Shown here: positions 18,501 to 28,441 of the stretch, piece after piece
How positions within the stretch are numbered: position 1 is the first letter of the stretch
Layout: the number at the start of each line of letters is the position of its first letter
Assembly (NCBI GenBank): GCA_963714095.1
Contig: OY970230.1
Coordinates: 388,740 to 452,739 of the forward strand
DNA: 64,000 bases
Source of the DNA: Candidatus Gottesmanbacteria bacterium
Lineage (GTDB): Bacteria; Patescibacteriota; Microgenomatia; UBA10105; UBA927
Reading direction: 5' to 3'
The notes under the pieces: model-generated
The model's database searches: none
Told to the model about the DNA's origin: nothing
What the model saw: only the letters and a program-made list of their open reading frames with translations
Translations under genes and position numbers: made by a program

Positions 18501-19325
18501 CTACCTGCAAGTATACCACGCTGCTACGAGCTCAGCTATGTTGTCCGGAAACTTCTGGTCCGTCACATCAAACCAGTGAATATCCTTCTGCTTCTTAAAC
18601 CACGTCATCTGCCGGCGCACGTATGCGTGTTCATTTAAACCTATGGCGCTCATCGAAGGAAATTCCCGACCATATTTTTGGACTAATACTTCAACTTCTT
18701 TGTTCATTCCTTGACGTAAACGCTCCTTAAAACGCTTATCAATCCGCTTATCTAAAATCGGCAATGAAGCCGTAAGCCCGATGAGACAATAATCAAACGT
18801 CTGCAGTTTTTTTTGAAAAATTCGTTTAGATTTTTCTATTTCAATCTTGCGGATAAGACGGCGGGGATTATTCCAGTCTGACTGATTCATATCTCCGCGC
18901 GCAGTCTGTGCCTGAAGCTCGGCAACAGATAAAGTATAAAGTCTAGCGCGCAGTGCTGTGTTTGGAGGAATATCAATTGTGTCAAATGGATAAAGTAATG
19001 CTTTAATATATAATCCGCTTCCCCCTACAACAATTGGCAATTTGTGCCGTTCCAAAATATCTGCGATTTTCTGATTTGCAAGCTTCGTCCAATGGCTAAC
19101 ACTAAATTCTTCGTCAGGATTGACAATATCATAAAGCCAAATGGGCACATCAGGTCTATCTTTCCCCGTTACAAGATCCATTTCTTTATACACCTGTCGG
19201 GAATCTGCTGATATAAGTTCACCGTTAAATTTTTTGGCTAGTGTTGCGGCGAGCGCAGTCTTCCCTGTTGCCGTCGGGCCGCAGATAACCAGCAATCTAT
19301 TCATATGTTCATATGTACGTACCAT
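18501..19325 (-). CDS. miaA: tRNA dimethylallyltransferase
   Basis: ICGPTATGKTALA P-loop and SADSRQVYKEMDLVTGK. Confidence 0.85.
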   Translation of the reverse strand: MVRTYEHMNRLLVICGPTATGKTALAATLAKKFNGELISADSRQVYKEMDLVTGKDRPDVPIWLYDIVNPDEEFSVSHWTKLANQKIADILERHKLPIVVGGSGLYIKALLYPFDTIDIPPNTALRARLYTLSVAELQAQTARGDMNQSDWNNPRRLIRKIEIEKSKRIFQKKLQTFDYCLIGLTASLPILDKRIDKRFKERLRQGMNKEVEVLVQKYGREFPSMSAIGLNEHAYVRRQMTWFKKQKDIHWFDVTDQKFPDNIAELVAAWYTCR

Positions 19326-20430
19326 TTTTTAAATTTGTTTTATTGATGAGTTCCTCAAGGATCTTCCACCGCCGTTTCTTCTCACCGTGAGGAACATCGT
19401 CTTTAAACGATGTATGTGCCGCTGTCATCGGCCGGTCCGAGTACATGGCAACATATGCTTTGGAAAATTCAACCTTTTTTGCCAAACTCACGGTATTGTT
19501 AAATTGCGTTCTCGTCTCACCGCAAAAACCGACGATAATATCCGTGGAAATTGTAACGCCTGGAATTTTCTTTCTCAATTTTTTAACTAGTGCAAGATAT
19601 TCCTCCTTCGTATACCATCGGTTCATCCGTTTCAGCATTACGTTATCTCCCGACTGAACGGGCAAATGAATATGGCGGGAAATATTTATATTTCCTGCAA
19701 TTACCTCAATAAGTTCATCGGAAAAATCCCACGGATTACTGGAAATAAAATCGATAACCGTTAACCCTTTTATCTTACTGACCTCTTCCAGCAAATACGG
19801 AAATAAGGTAGGAATCCGAAGTCTGCCTAAATGCTTTACAAAAACAGGTTTAATATTTTTATATTTCAAATCCGAGCCATAGGAATTTACATTTTGTCCG
19901 ACAAGTGTAACCTGCGTATATCCTTGCTCTGCCAGCGCACGACATTCCGCCAAAATATCTTCGATCGGCCGGCTAATCTCTCTCCCACGGGTAAACGGCA
20001 CCACACAATAGGTACAGAAATTATTGCACCCGTTTGTAATGGGAACCAACACATGAGTTGCATTTGTCCGGACCGGCGCATAATCAAAACCGACTTCTTC
20101 AATCGGTAAAAATTCGTCAACCGTGGGCATCCGCCTCTGAAGACGTAGGAGCATTTTGCCGGTCTTTTCTCTGGCTGCCATGCCGACCATGCATCCCGTA
20201 ACAACAACCTTTATATTTCTACCTTGTTGTTTTTCTTTCGACAAATTATGAATAAGCCCGTATACCCGGTTTTCAGCTTTTTCGCGAATCATGCAGGTGT
20301 TGATAATAATATCGTCGGCATCTTTAACCGATTTTGCTGGCGTATATCCGCGGGCTTCATACTGAGCCGCTACGCGCTCGCTGTCCGCCTCATTAGCAGC
20401 GCAACCAAACGTCACAATGTGGTATTTCAT
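19309..20430 (-). CDS. miaB: Radical-SAM methylthiotransferase, MiaB-like, without a recognisable TRAM domain
   Basis: N-terminal 3-Cys domain (FGCAAN, NTCMI, VTGCMV), CNNFCTYC radical-SAM motif. 373 aa. It overlaps miaA by 17 nt. Confidence 0.75.
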   Translation of the reverse strand: MKYHIVTFGCAANEADSERVAAQYEARGYTPAKSVKDADDIIINTCMIREKAENRVYGLIHNLSKEKQQGRNIKVVVTGCMVGMAAREKTGKMLLRLQRRMPTVDEFLPIEEVGFDYAPVRTNATHVLVPITNGCNNFCTYCVVPFTRGREISRPIEDILAECRALAEQGYTQVTLVGQNVNSYGSDLKYKNIKPVFVKHLGRLRIPTLFPYLLEEVSKIKGLTVIDFISSNPWDFSDELIEVIAGNINISRHIHLPVQSGDNVMLKRMNRWYTKEEYLALVKKLRKKIPGVTISTDIIVGFCGETRTQFNNTVSLAKKVEFSKAYVAMYSDRPMTAAHTSFKDDVPHGEKKRRWKILEELINKTNLKNGTYI

Positions 20431-20450
20431 AGTGGTATTCTACCAGAAGA

Positions 20451-21203
20451 TTAGGTGTTGAGTATAAATTTCTCAATCACGGTTGCCACACCGTCGTCTT
20501 CCACTGAAGGCGCGATGAAATCCGCGATTGCTTTAAGCTCCGGCACTGCATTGCCCATAGCGATTTTTAATCCGCACGCCATAAGAAGGGGAAAGTCATT
20601 ATATCCATCCCCTACCCCAATCATTTCATGAGTCTGAATGCCAAGCAGGCCGGCAACCTCTGCGATGCCGTGCAATTTTGATGCTTCTTTAGAAACAACG
20701 TCCAGACACTCAAACTGTTCATCCCAGGCCTTCATCCGATGCAATGAAATATCAGGAATCCCTTCGAGTATTTTATGAATGTTATGATATGTTTCAATTG
20801 TTAATTGGGGAAAATACACTCCGACTACTTTTTTTGGGACATGCACCCCATCGAATGGAACCTCATTCACTCCGTTGAAAACTTTCAATTCTACATCATA
20901 CTTTTTTGCCGTATCAAAAACTATTTTCATTGCATGTTTCGGAAATAATTTTTCTATTACAATTTTATTCTTCTTAGGGTCATAAATTTGAGTACCGCTT
21001 GAAAGAACACAATACCCGCCTAAATCTAAATGTTCAATAATAGTATGTGTCACCCGTAAGGTCCGTGATGTCGCTAAACAAACGGATACTCCTGCTTGCT
21101 TACATTTATTAATAGCGTCCGTAACGCGGGGTGAAGGTAAATTATCAACGCCGTGAATCACCGTCGTTCCGTCTACATCCAAAAATAAGGCTTTATACTT
21201 CAT
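20451..21203 (-). CDS. HAD-IIB (Cof-type) phosphatase
   Basis: DVDGTT motif I and GDGYND motif IV. Start set at MKYKAL. Confidence 0.75.
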   Translation of the reverse strand: MKYKALFLDVDGTTVIHGVDNLPSPRVTDAINKCKQAGVSVCLATSRTLRVTHTIIEHLDLGGYCVLSSGTQIYDPKKNKIVIEKLFPKHAMKIVFDTAKKYDVELKVFNGVNEVPFDGVHVPKKVVGVYFPQLTIETYHNIHKILEGIPDISLHRMKAWDEQFECLDVVSKEASKLHGIAEVAGLLGIQTHEMIGVGDGYNDFPLLMACGLKIAMGNAVPELKAIADFIAPSVEDDGVATVIEKFILNT

Positions 21204-21210
21204 GAGGAAA

Positions 21211-21984
21211 TTATTTTCCGACAATAACCTGCACGTCAGCGGATGCGCTTGAAGATAAATCCGCGGCAACGGTGCTTAAAGTATACGTATCCTTCAAATC
21301 CGCCTGAAGATTTGCGATTGCATCTGTCATCGTGGCTTTCCCGTGAATTTCCGTTGTTGTATACGTATACTCGTCCGTATTGCCTGTCGCAGACACCTTA
21401 TACCCCTTACCCTCCAGAAAGGTCTTCATTTTCCCGGCTGCACCAGCGGTCCCGCCGCCGTTTAATACCTGTATTGAAAATGATGTTTTATCAACGGTCT
21501 TCGGTGCCGGCGTCGGGGTTGCAGTCGGCGCAGCTGTCGGCGTCGGGGTGGGACGCGCAAACAATTTCATTGGAGACGTTTTCTTTGCTACGGCAAATAA
21601 AATTCCTCCTGTCGCGAGAGCAACTATTATGGTAACTATTGCCCACACTAACAACGATGCGGGTCTCTTTTTATGTACGGAGATTTCCGGCATAACACCC
21701 GGTTGTTTCTCCGTCGTATACAGCTCCTCAACCATTGATTTCCGAGTTGGAACTTCCTGATGTTCCTGCTCTTCCGGCGGACTCACGGGCGGCTGATCCT
21801 CTGTCGGCGGTAAATCCTGTACCGGCTCGGCTGGCGGCGGCATCTCAGGATCCTCCTCGACGACTTCCACAACCTGTGTGACAGGAGGACGCTCGTCGTC
21901 TGCGGGTTTCTCTTCCGGCAAACCATCAGGAGCCGCTTGCGCAGTCATCTTGTGAACCGCTGTTTTACGTCTTCGTGATGGCAT
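21211..21984 (-). CDS. LytR_C domain membrane protein with a Pro/Glu-rich cytoplasmic N-terminus
   Basis: Transmembrane helix, P/T-rich linker, then IQVLNGGGTAGAAGK...GNTDEYTYTTTEI (LytR C-terminal domain). Confidence 0.6.
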   Translation of the reverse strand: MPSRRRKTAVHKMTAQAAPDGLPEEKPADDERPPVTQVVEVVEEDPEMPPPAEPVQDLPPTEDQPPVSPPEEQEHQEVPTRKSMVEELYTTEKQPGVMPEISVHKKRPASLLVWAIVTIIVALATGGILFAVAKKTSPMKLFARPTPTPTAAPTATPTPAPKTVDKTSFSIQVLNGGGTAGAAGKMKTFLEGKGYKVSATGNTDEYTYTTTEIHGKATMTDAIANLQADLKDTYTLSTVAADLSSSASADVQVIVGK

Positions 21985-22022
21985 ATTCTTAGTGTATCAC
22001 ATTCTTTTATTTTGTCACGTAA

Positions 22023-22814
22023 CTAGCTGGACGCGGAACTATATTTCGTCAGTGCAACATTCCAAAGCCGGAAACAGATGAGAAAAAATACGATTCCTAA
22101 AACAAGAGACCCGATAATGACCCACGGCGTCAGCAAACCCAAATAGGCTTTTGCGGGTATGGTCATCATAACGCCGACGGGTATAATAAATGTAAGTATT
22201 GTCCGCATGGGCTCGCGGTAAATATCGACCGGTACACGTCCCATGCTCGTGAGATCACGGTAAATCATCACCGCATGGTCTATTTCCGTAGTCACGACCG
22301 CCAGTGCCAAAACCAAAATATGGAATCCTGTTGCAATCAGCAGTCCGTTTGCAAGAAGCAGGATGTATAGCGCCACATGGGCAAGAGAAAGTGTTCCGAG
22401 TTTTCCGGCGATAAATATAAGAATCGCAATATACGGGATAAGCATAAGCAAATCCAGAGGATCAGCCCCTCCCGCCAGTGCGCGGAATAAGGGGTTCATG
22501 GGTTTTACCAATACCAAATCAAAATCGCCGCTCACGACCATCGGCCGGAAGCGGTACACCTCACGGAAAAATAACTGCGTGATTGTATCGATCATCGTGA
22601 ATGTCAGAAAGAAAAATGAAAATTGGATGACCCCGAAATTCGCGAGTTGCTTGGTTTGAGCAAAAAGGACAAAGATGAATCCGAGCATGAGCGCAAACCG
22701 TAAAACTTTGCCCAACAAAAATATGAACGCGTTAAATTTGCTCGTTAACGAAATAAGAAACGAATTCTCCGTTAATTTAAGCCAAAGACGCAGATATTTA
22801 CCAAACGTTTTCAT
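22023..22814 (-). CDS. ABC-2 type transporter permease
   Basis: 6 transmembrane helices, adjacent to the ATPase. Start set at MKTF. Confidence 0.65.
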   Translation of the reverse strand: MKTFGKYLRLWLKLTENSFLISLTSKFNAFIFLLGKVLRFALMLGFIFVLFAQTKQLANFGVIQFSFFFLTFTMIDTITQLFFREVYRFRPMVVSGDFDLVLVKPMNPLFRALAGGADPLDLLMLIPYIAILIFIAGKLGTLSLAHVALYILLLANGLLIATGFHILVLALAVVTTEIDHAVMIYRDLTSMGRVPVDIYREPMRTILTFIIPVGVMMTIPAKAYLGLLTPWVIIGSLVLGIVFFLICFRLWNVALTKYSSASS

Positions 22815-22815
22815 A

Positions 22816-23610
22816 CTACCGACCTTCCGCCGTATATACGCGCAGCCCCTTCTGCCACATAACCCGCACAGCCAGGGCAAAAAACCCGATCCAGAGGAAC
22901 GCCCCGGCAAACCCGGTAATAAGATCCCAACCGGTAACTTTTCCCAAATAGATACCCAGGGGGAAATACATAAAATAGTAGAACGGCAGAATTTTTGCGA
23001 TGAGAAAAAGCGTTTTCGGAAGTATATCCAAGGGAAATATGCTTCCTGCTAAAAACTCCATGATCACCATTGATAAAAACCGCGGCGCCCACACATCCTG
23101 CGTCCAGAACCCCATGAACCCGAAAATCATATTATAGAGAAAATATAACGCCATCCCCAAACCTGCAGCCGCAAGTGCCGTGAGAACGGCCATCGGATTC
23201 CCTTGGATAAATAATGGCGGCCGCAGAATTATAAGCAATACGCTCACCTCAACAATGGAGCAGAGTAAATTCAATAGTTTATCGCCGATATCCCGGGCGA
23301 TGTAATAGGAAAAAAATGAAAAAGGCCGCACTAAATGATTGGACAGGGTTCCTTCATCAATAATGTCCCCTATTTCCATGGTTGTGGTCCCCAAAACAAT
23401 TGTCTGCACGACGGAACTTAAAAGAACATACGTCAGCATCATGGATTCCGTATACCCGGCAAATATCTGCCGGTTGGTGAATATCGCCCACCAGAGAAAA
23501 TAGGTCACCAATATCTGCATCACCATCCGTACCCGCCACAGAAAAAAATTCAGGCGGTACACCATATACTCTTCCCACGTGTCCTTAATAATCTGGAAAT
23601 ATGTTTTCAC
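22816..23610 (-). CDS. ABC-2 type transporter permease
   Basis: 6 transmembrane helices. Overlaps the ATPase gene by 4 nt. Confidence 0.65.
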   Translation of the reverse strand: MKTYFQIIKDTWEEYMVYRLNFFLWRVRMVMQILVTYFLWWAIFTNRQIFAGYTESMMLTYVLLSSVVQTIVLGTTTMEIGDIIDEGTLSNHLVRPFSFFSYYIARDIGDKLLNLLCSIVEVSVLLIILRPPLFIQGNPMAVLTALAAAGLGMALYFLYNMIFGFMGFWTQDVWAPRFLSMVIMEFLAGSIFPLDILPKTLFLIAKILPFYYFMYFPLGIYLGKVTGWDLITGFAGAFLWIGFFALAVRVMWQKGLRVYTAEGR

Positions 23611-24578
23611 ATTCGGGTAAAGACATCGCGGATAATATCCTCAATATCCGGTTCCTCAATGTTGAGATCTTCAACGGGAAATTTCTGTAAAATCTGCGCT
23701 GCTGCCACATTGGATGCGCTTCGCGGCACACGGATGACCGCCTTGGGAAAATTGTAATCCACCAGCTGCCCGACTTCAGCAAGTTTATTAGGCGCGACGT
23801 ATGTCTCAAGGACCACGGATAACACTTTATACTTTGCAAACTTTTTTACCAGATTATCAAGTTTTCCGTCATACAGAATCGTCCCGTGATCAATGATAAT
23901 CACGCGTTTAGCCAGCTGTCTCACGTCCTCCATATAATGTGATGTCAGCAATATCGTTGATTTCCGCATTTGATTATATGCCTGGATAAAATCCCGCATT
24001 TTCTTCTGCATCACGACGTCAAGTCCGATTGTGGGCTCATCCAAAAATAATACTTTCGGCGAATGGATAAGTGCCGCGATAAGTTCCATCTTCATGCGCT
24101 CTCCTAAGGAGAGCTTGCGCACCTGAACCTTTAAAAGTTTTTCCACCTCAAGAAGCTCGACAAGTTCCGAAAGCGTTTTATGATATTCACCATCGGGAAT
24201 CTCATAAATTTCCTTATTCAGAAGAAACGTTTCCGCCGCCGGCAGATCCCACCATAACTGGTTTTTCTGTCCCATGACGAGCGCGATCTGTTTTAAAAAT
24301 TTATTTTTCCGCGCGCTCGGCGTATACCCTAATACGGAAACATTCCCGCTCGTCGGGTACAATAAACCGGAAAGACATTTGAGCGTTGTGGTTTTGCCGG
24401 CTCCGTTTGGCCCGATAAATCCGACAAGTTCCCCTTCGTCGATTTCAAAGGAAATATTATTTACTGCTTTTACCGTCTGATATTTCCTGGCGAATAATGA
24501 TTTGAGTGACCCGAAAAGTCCCGCGTCTTTCTGAAACGTCTGGTAGTTTTTGGAAAGATGGGAAACGGAGATAATCAT
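23607..24578 (-). CDS. ABC transporter ATP-binding protein
   Basis: Walker A GPNGAGKTT, signature LSLGERMK and Walker B LFLDEPT. Confidence 0.9.
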   Translation of the reverse strand: MIISVSHLSKNYQTFQKDAGLFGSLKSLFARKYQTVKAVNNISFEIDEGELVGFIGPNGAGKTTTLKCLSGLLYPTSGNVSVLGYTPSARKNKFLKQIALVMGQKNQLWWDLPAAETFLLNKEIYEIPDGEYHKTLSELVELLEVEKLLKVQVRKLSLGERMKMELIAALIHSPKVLFLDEPTIGLDVVMQKKMRDFIQAYNQMRKSTILLTSHYMEDVRQLAKRVIIIDHGTILYDGKLDNLVKKFAKYKVLSVVLETYVAPNKLAEVGQLVDYNFPKAVIRVPRSASNVAAAQILQKFPVEDLNIEEPDIEDIIRDVFTRM

Positions 24579-24595
24579 GATAGTATTATACCTTA

Positions 24596-24632
24596 CTCCA
24601 AAAAAGAACCCAGCTGCTCGTGAGCGGCTGGG
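24596..24632 (-). terminator. Rho-independent terminator downstream of hup
   Basis: Minus strand CCCAGCCGCtcacgaGCAGCTGGG followed by ttcttttttgg. Confidence 0.6.
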
Positions 24633-24660
24633 CCTTTCTGTTTAAGTTTTAGGTAACGGT

Positions 24661-24933
24661 TTACCGAACAACTTTTTTTAATGCCTTACCTGCTGTAAAC
24701 CCCGGAGTTTTTCGTGCCGGAATATTAATCGGCGCTCCCGTCTGTGGGTTTCTGCCTGTCCGTGATTTTCTCGAGCGGACCATAAATGTACCAAATCCCG
24801 TGACGACTACTTTGTCGCCTTTCTTAAGTGCATCAGTGATGCCTCCAAAAACGGCTGCGACTGACTCACGTGCTGCTTTTGCAGTAAGACTGGCTTTCTT
24901 GGCCACTACTTCTACCAAATCTGCTTTTGTCAT
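24661..24933 (-). CDS. hup: DNA-binding protein HU
   Basis: MTKADLVEVV...GFGTF...RNPQTG. 90 aa. GGAGGTG upstream. Confidence 0.9.
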   Translation of the reverse strand: MTKADLVEVVAKKASLTAKAARESVAAVFGGITDALKKGDKVVVTGFGTFMVRSRKSRTGRNPQTGAPINIPARKTPGFTAGKALKKVVR

Positions 24934-25017
24934 AGAATTATAATTCACCTCCTCTTGGGCAGAGGGATAGAACAAGAAATTTTTTTTAAGGGATTGCTGC
25001 AGCAATCTTTCAGAGGC

Positions 25018-25046
25018 AATGTAAAGAATTTAGCGTGCTCTGTCAA
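25018..25046 (-). promoter_or_regulatory. Sigma70-like promoter for hup (TTGACA-17-TACATT) inside an inverted repeat
   Basis: Minus strand TTGACAgagcacgctaaattcttTACATT. The flanking inverted repeat is CTGTCAAT..ATTGACAG. Confidence 0.45.
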
Positions 25047-25095
25047 TATATCAATTTTTTTAGATTGACAGTATGCGCTAAAAGTTAAATTATTT

Positions 25096-26592
25096 TTATT
25101 TAGCTATCTCTGTTGCTCTTAATTCCCGGATGACGGAAATTTTGATTTGGCCGGGATATGTCAGTTTTTCCTCAACCTCTTTTTTAATTTCCTGTGCCAT
25201 CAGCGTTGCTGCTGCATCGTCAACAGTGCCGGGATCAACAACGACACGGATCTCGCGTCCTGCCTGGAATGCGAATGCCTCGTTCACGCCTTTATGCGCT
25301 TTGGCGATTGCTTCCAAATCCGTCAAACGCTTGATATATTCTTCAACATTTTCGTTTCGTGCCCCAGGACGTGATCCGGAAATCGCATCCGCTATATACA
25401 CGAGCATCGATTCGCTGGATGTAAACGGCGTATCTTCATGGTGCTGTGCCACACAATCAATAACTTTTTGCGGCATGCCGTATTTTTTCAAAAGCTCAAC
25501 ACCCAGATCAACGTGGGATCCCTCGCGGTCCATAATGACCTTACCGATATCATGAAGTAAACATCCCAATCGAACTACGTTAACATCTGCTCCCACCTCA
25601 CGGGCGAGGGCGATACCGATCTTCGTTTCCTCCAGTGTGTGGGCGATCATATTTTGCCCGTAGGAGAAACGATATTTAAAACGGCCGAGATGTGCAACGA
25701 TTGGTGCGGGCAAATTGTAGACGCCAACGGCATGACAGAGTTTCTGCCCTTCCTCAAACATAATCCGTTCAACTTCTTTCCGTACCTGTTCAACAATTTC
25801 TTCAATACGCCCCGGCTGCACTCTGCCGTCGCGTAGTAACCGCTCCATGGTCACGCGGGCAATCTCGCGGCGGACGGGGTCAAAACACGATAAGCGGATG
25901 ACGCCTTCTTCATCCAAATCCACGTCCACCCCCGTTGCCGTTTCAAACGCACGGATATTCCGGCCTTCTTTTCCGATAATCCGGCCTTTCATCTCCTCAT
26001 CAGTTAGTTTAATCACCGAAACGGTGTATTCGGCAACATAATCAGTCGCGCCGTGGCGCATAGCATCAACAAGAATTTCTTTTGCTTTCTCATCTGCTTC
26101 TTCGCGGGCTCGGTCGGCTGACTCCCGAACCTCACGGGCCAGATTTTCTTTCAGCTGGTCCCGCATCGCATCCATAATAACCGCCCGCGCTTCGTCACGG
26201 GTTAAATGCGCGACATTCTCCAATTTATCGATATGCTCCTGCTTGAGTTTTTCTATTTCCGCAGCCTTCGTCTCCGATTGCAATTCCAAATTCTTCAGTC
26301 GCAGATCACGGTCTTCCAATGCGCCTTCTTTACGCTCGATATCAATTAATTTCCTGCGCGACTCTTCCTCTGCGTCACGACGGATTTTAAACGCTTCATC
26401 TTTTGCCTCCACAATAAGCTCCCGCGCCTTTGCTTCAGCAATTTTGACAACTGCCTGTGTGTCAATGGATATTGGAGGTGCCTTTTGTTTTACCGGTTGT
26501 GCTTTCTGCTGTGTACTGACTTGCGGAACAGGGGCGATACCCGATTTTTTATTTTTCACTAACCCGGAAAGGGTCTTTAGTACTTCAAACAT
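25096..26592 (-). CDS. rny: Ribonuclease Y
   Basis: N-terminal coiled coil, KH domain (GRIIGKEGRNIR) and HD domain (LLHDIGK). Confidence 0.9.
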   Translation of the reverse strand: MFEVLKTLSGLVKNKKSGIAPVPQVSTQQKAQPVKQKAPPISIDTQAVVKIAEAKARELIVEAKDEAFKIRRDAEEESRRKLIDIERKEGALEDRDLRLKNLELQSETKAAEIEKLKQEHIDKLENVAHLTRDEARAVIMDAMRDQLKENLAREVRESADRAREEADEKAKEILVDAMRHGATDYVAEYTVSVIKLTDEEMKGRIIGKEGRNIRAFETATGVDVDLDEEGVIRLSCFDPVRREIARVTMERLLRDGRVQPGRIEEIVEQVRKEVERIMFEEGQKLCHAVGVYNLPAPIVAHLGRFKYRFSYGQNMIAHTLEETKIGIALAREVGADVNVVRLGCLLHDIGKVIMDREGSHVDLGVELLKKYGMPQKVIDCVAQHHEDTPFTSSESMLVYIADAISGSRPGARNENVEEYIKRLTDLEAIAKAHKGVNEAFAFQAGREIRVVVDPGTVDDAAATLMAQEIKKEVEEKLTYPGQIKISVIRELRATEIAK

Positions 26593-26756
26593 AGTGTTAT
26601 GAAGATTTAAGGAAGAAGAAGTGCAGCAACAACGCCGTGATTACACGGCATAATGTGTAGGTGTGAATTCAAAAAATATCGAAGTGTTCATAATCCTACA
26701 AATTGCTGTTTCAATCTCCAAAAATCTACGTATTTACTCTCCATATTGTACGCCTC

Positions 26757-27233
26757 TCACTCTCTTCCGTCAATGAGCTTACGGATTGTTTCGAAGTCAA
26801 ATCCACGCCTGCCCAGGTAGTCATACAGCTTCTTCTTACGTGCCAATGTGGGCAGCTTCGTCCAAAGAGGCATCTTCTTCTCAACAGCCTGTTTAGCGGC
26901 CGCCAGAAGGCTCACAGAGCCCCGTGAGGCCAAAACTGAGTCAGTGACCGCTTCCGGCACTCCTTTAGCTCTCAATTCCATCTTAATAAACCTATTCCCC
27001 TTTGGCTTAAACTCTGTGCGCTGCGAAACCCACCATTCTGTAAACTTCACGTCGTCCGCGTATCCTAATTCTTCCATTCGACCTATAACTTTAGATACTA
27101 GCCCGGCGCCGGATATTTTATACCGGGTACATTTCTTATTCAGGAAATCCGTAAGCTCTTTAACGCTTCGCCGACGGAACGATACATACCGTATCGCGGC
27201 ATTCATGAGGAGTTCGTAATACGGATTATCCAT
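26757..27233 (-). CDS. recX: RecA regulator RecX
   Basis: YYELLMNAAIRYVSFRRRSVKEL... has the RecX three-helix repeat pattern. The start is trimmed to the Met at 27233 because the track's first 16 codons overlie the tRNA. Confidence 0.7.
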   Translation of the reverse strand: MDNPYYELLMNAAIRYVSFRRRSVKELTDFLNKKCTRYKISGAGLVSKVIGRMEELGYADDVKFTEWWVSQRTEFKPKGNRFIKMELRAKGVPEAVTDSVLASRGSVSLLAAAKQAVEKKMPLWTKLPTLARKKKLYDYLGRRGFDFETIRKLIDGRE

Positions 27234-27236
27234 GGC

Positions 27237-27313
27237 TGGTCGGGGTGGGCAGACTTGAACTGCCAACCGCTCGCACCCCATGCGAGTGCGCTAGCCAATT
27301 GCGCCACACCCCG
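27237..27313 (-). tRNA. tRNA-Pro (anticodon GGG), CCA encoded
   Basis: CGGGGTGTGGCGCAATTGGCTAGCGCACTCGCATGGGGTGCGAGCGGTTGGCAGTTCAAGTCTGCCCACCCCGACCA folds as a cloverleaf with the anticodon loop AUGGGGU. Confidence 0.85.
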
Positions 27314-27391
27314 ATTGATTGCTTGTATTCTATCATCTTTTATGTAAAAATGGGATAATTCTTCAGCTTGCCCGAGATAAGGAGATCTATT

Positions 27392-28426
27392 ATGCCAGTC
27401 GATGCAAAAGTTCAGGCAGTCAAACTTGCGATGGAACAAATCGAGAAACAATATGGCAAGGGTTCCATCATGAAGCTCGGCGAGAAAAGTGCGCACATGG
27501 CTATTGATGTTATTCCCACCGGCATATTACCGCTTGATTTAGCATTGGGTGTCGGCGGATTACCGCGCGGAAGAATCGTAGAAATCTACGGACCCGAAGC
27601 ATCAGGAAAAACAACCGTCTGTTTATCCACGATTGCGGAAGCGCAAAAAGCAGGAGGGACCGCCGCATTTATTGATGCCGAACACGCGCTTGACCCGCAA
27701 TGGGCGGAAATTTTGGGCGTCAAACTAGATGATCTTCTTATTTCCCAACCGGATACAGGCGAACAGGCCTTGGAAATTACCGAAACGCTCATAAGAAGCG
27801 GCGGCGTAGATATTATTGTCATCGATTCCGTTGCGGCATTGGTGCCGAGGGCGGAAATCGAGGGAGAAATGGGTGACAGCATGATGGGCGTCCATGCCCG
27901 GCTTATGTCGCAGGCGTTACGGAAACTGACCGCCGTTATCTCGCGATCAAAGGCGGTTGTCATATTCACGAATCAATTGCGTCAGAAAATCGGCGTGATG
28001 TTCGGAAACCCGGAAACCACGACCGGCGGCATGGCACTGAAGTTTTATACAAGCATCCGCATGGATTCACGGAAAATTGAATCACTCAAAGATGGTGACA
28101 AGGTGATCGGAAGCCGGCACCGCGTGCGCGTGGTTAAAAATAAAGTCTCTCCCCCATTCCGGTTTGCGGAATTTGACGTCATGCATGACGGTGTATCACA
28201 GGAAGGCGGACTTATTGATGTTGGACTGGAGTTTAATATCTTAACCAAATCCGGCGCGTTCCTCAAATACGGGGCTCAGATGCTCGGACAGGGACGCGAA
28301 GCTGCAAAACTCTACCTCAAAGAAAATCCGAAAGTAGTCAAGGAAATCACCGACGCAATTTGGAAAGTCGTCCGCGAAGGCCGCGCCGCCTCCAAAGTCG
28401 CCATGGGAGTGGAAGAGGAAGAATAA
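27392..28426 (+). CDS. recA: Recombinase RecA
   Basis: GPEASGKTT Walker A and overall RecA identity. AAGGAG SD and an extended -10 TGgGATAAT upstream. Confidence 0.95.
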   Translation: MPVDAKVQAVKLAMEQIEKQYGKGSIMKLGEKSAHMAIDVIPTGILPLDLALGVGGLPRGRIVEIYGPEASGKTTVCLSTIAEAQKAGGTAAFIDAEHALDPQWAEILGVKLDDLLISQPDTGEQALEITETLIRSGGVDIIVIDSVAALVPRAEIEGEMGDSMMGVHARLMSQALRKLTAVISRSKAVVIFTNQLRQKIGVMFGNPETTTGGMALKFYTSIRMDSRKIESLKDGDKVIGSRHRVRVVKNKVSPPFRFAEFDVMHDGVSQEGGLIDVGLEFNILTKSGAFLKYGAQMLGQGREAAKLYLKENPKVVKEITDAIWKVVREGRAASKVAMGVEEEE

Positions 28427-28441
28427 AAACTTCTGTAAGAC

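Noticed and set aside
24984-25010. GATTGCTGCAGCAATC palindrome as the rny terminator
   Set aside because: No U-run follows on the minus strand, so it is treated as a possible operator instead.
26600-26650. AAGGAAGaagaagtGCAGC resembling the SRP RNA domain IV motif
   Set aside because: The conserved GGAAGCAGCC is interrupted and no flanking helices fit. It is more likely part of the rny 5' leader.
27203-27496. Track ORF 27203..27496 (-) and the first 16 codons of the recX track ORF
   Set aside because: They overlap tRNA-Pro and the recA promoter. recX is trimmed to the Met at 27233.
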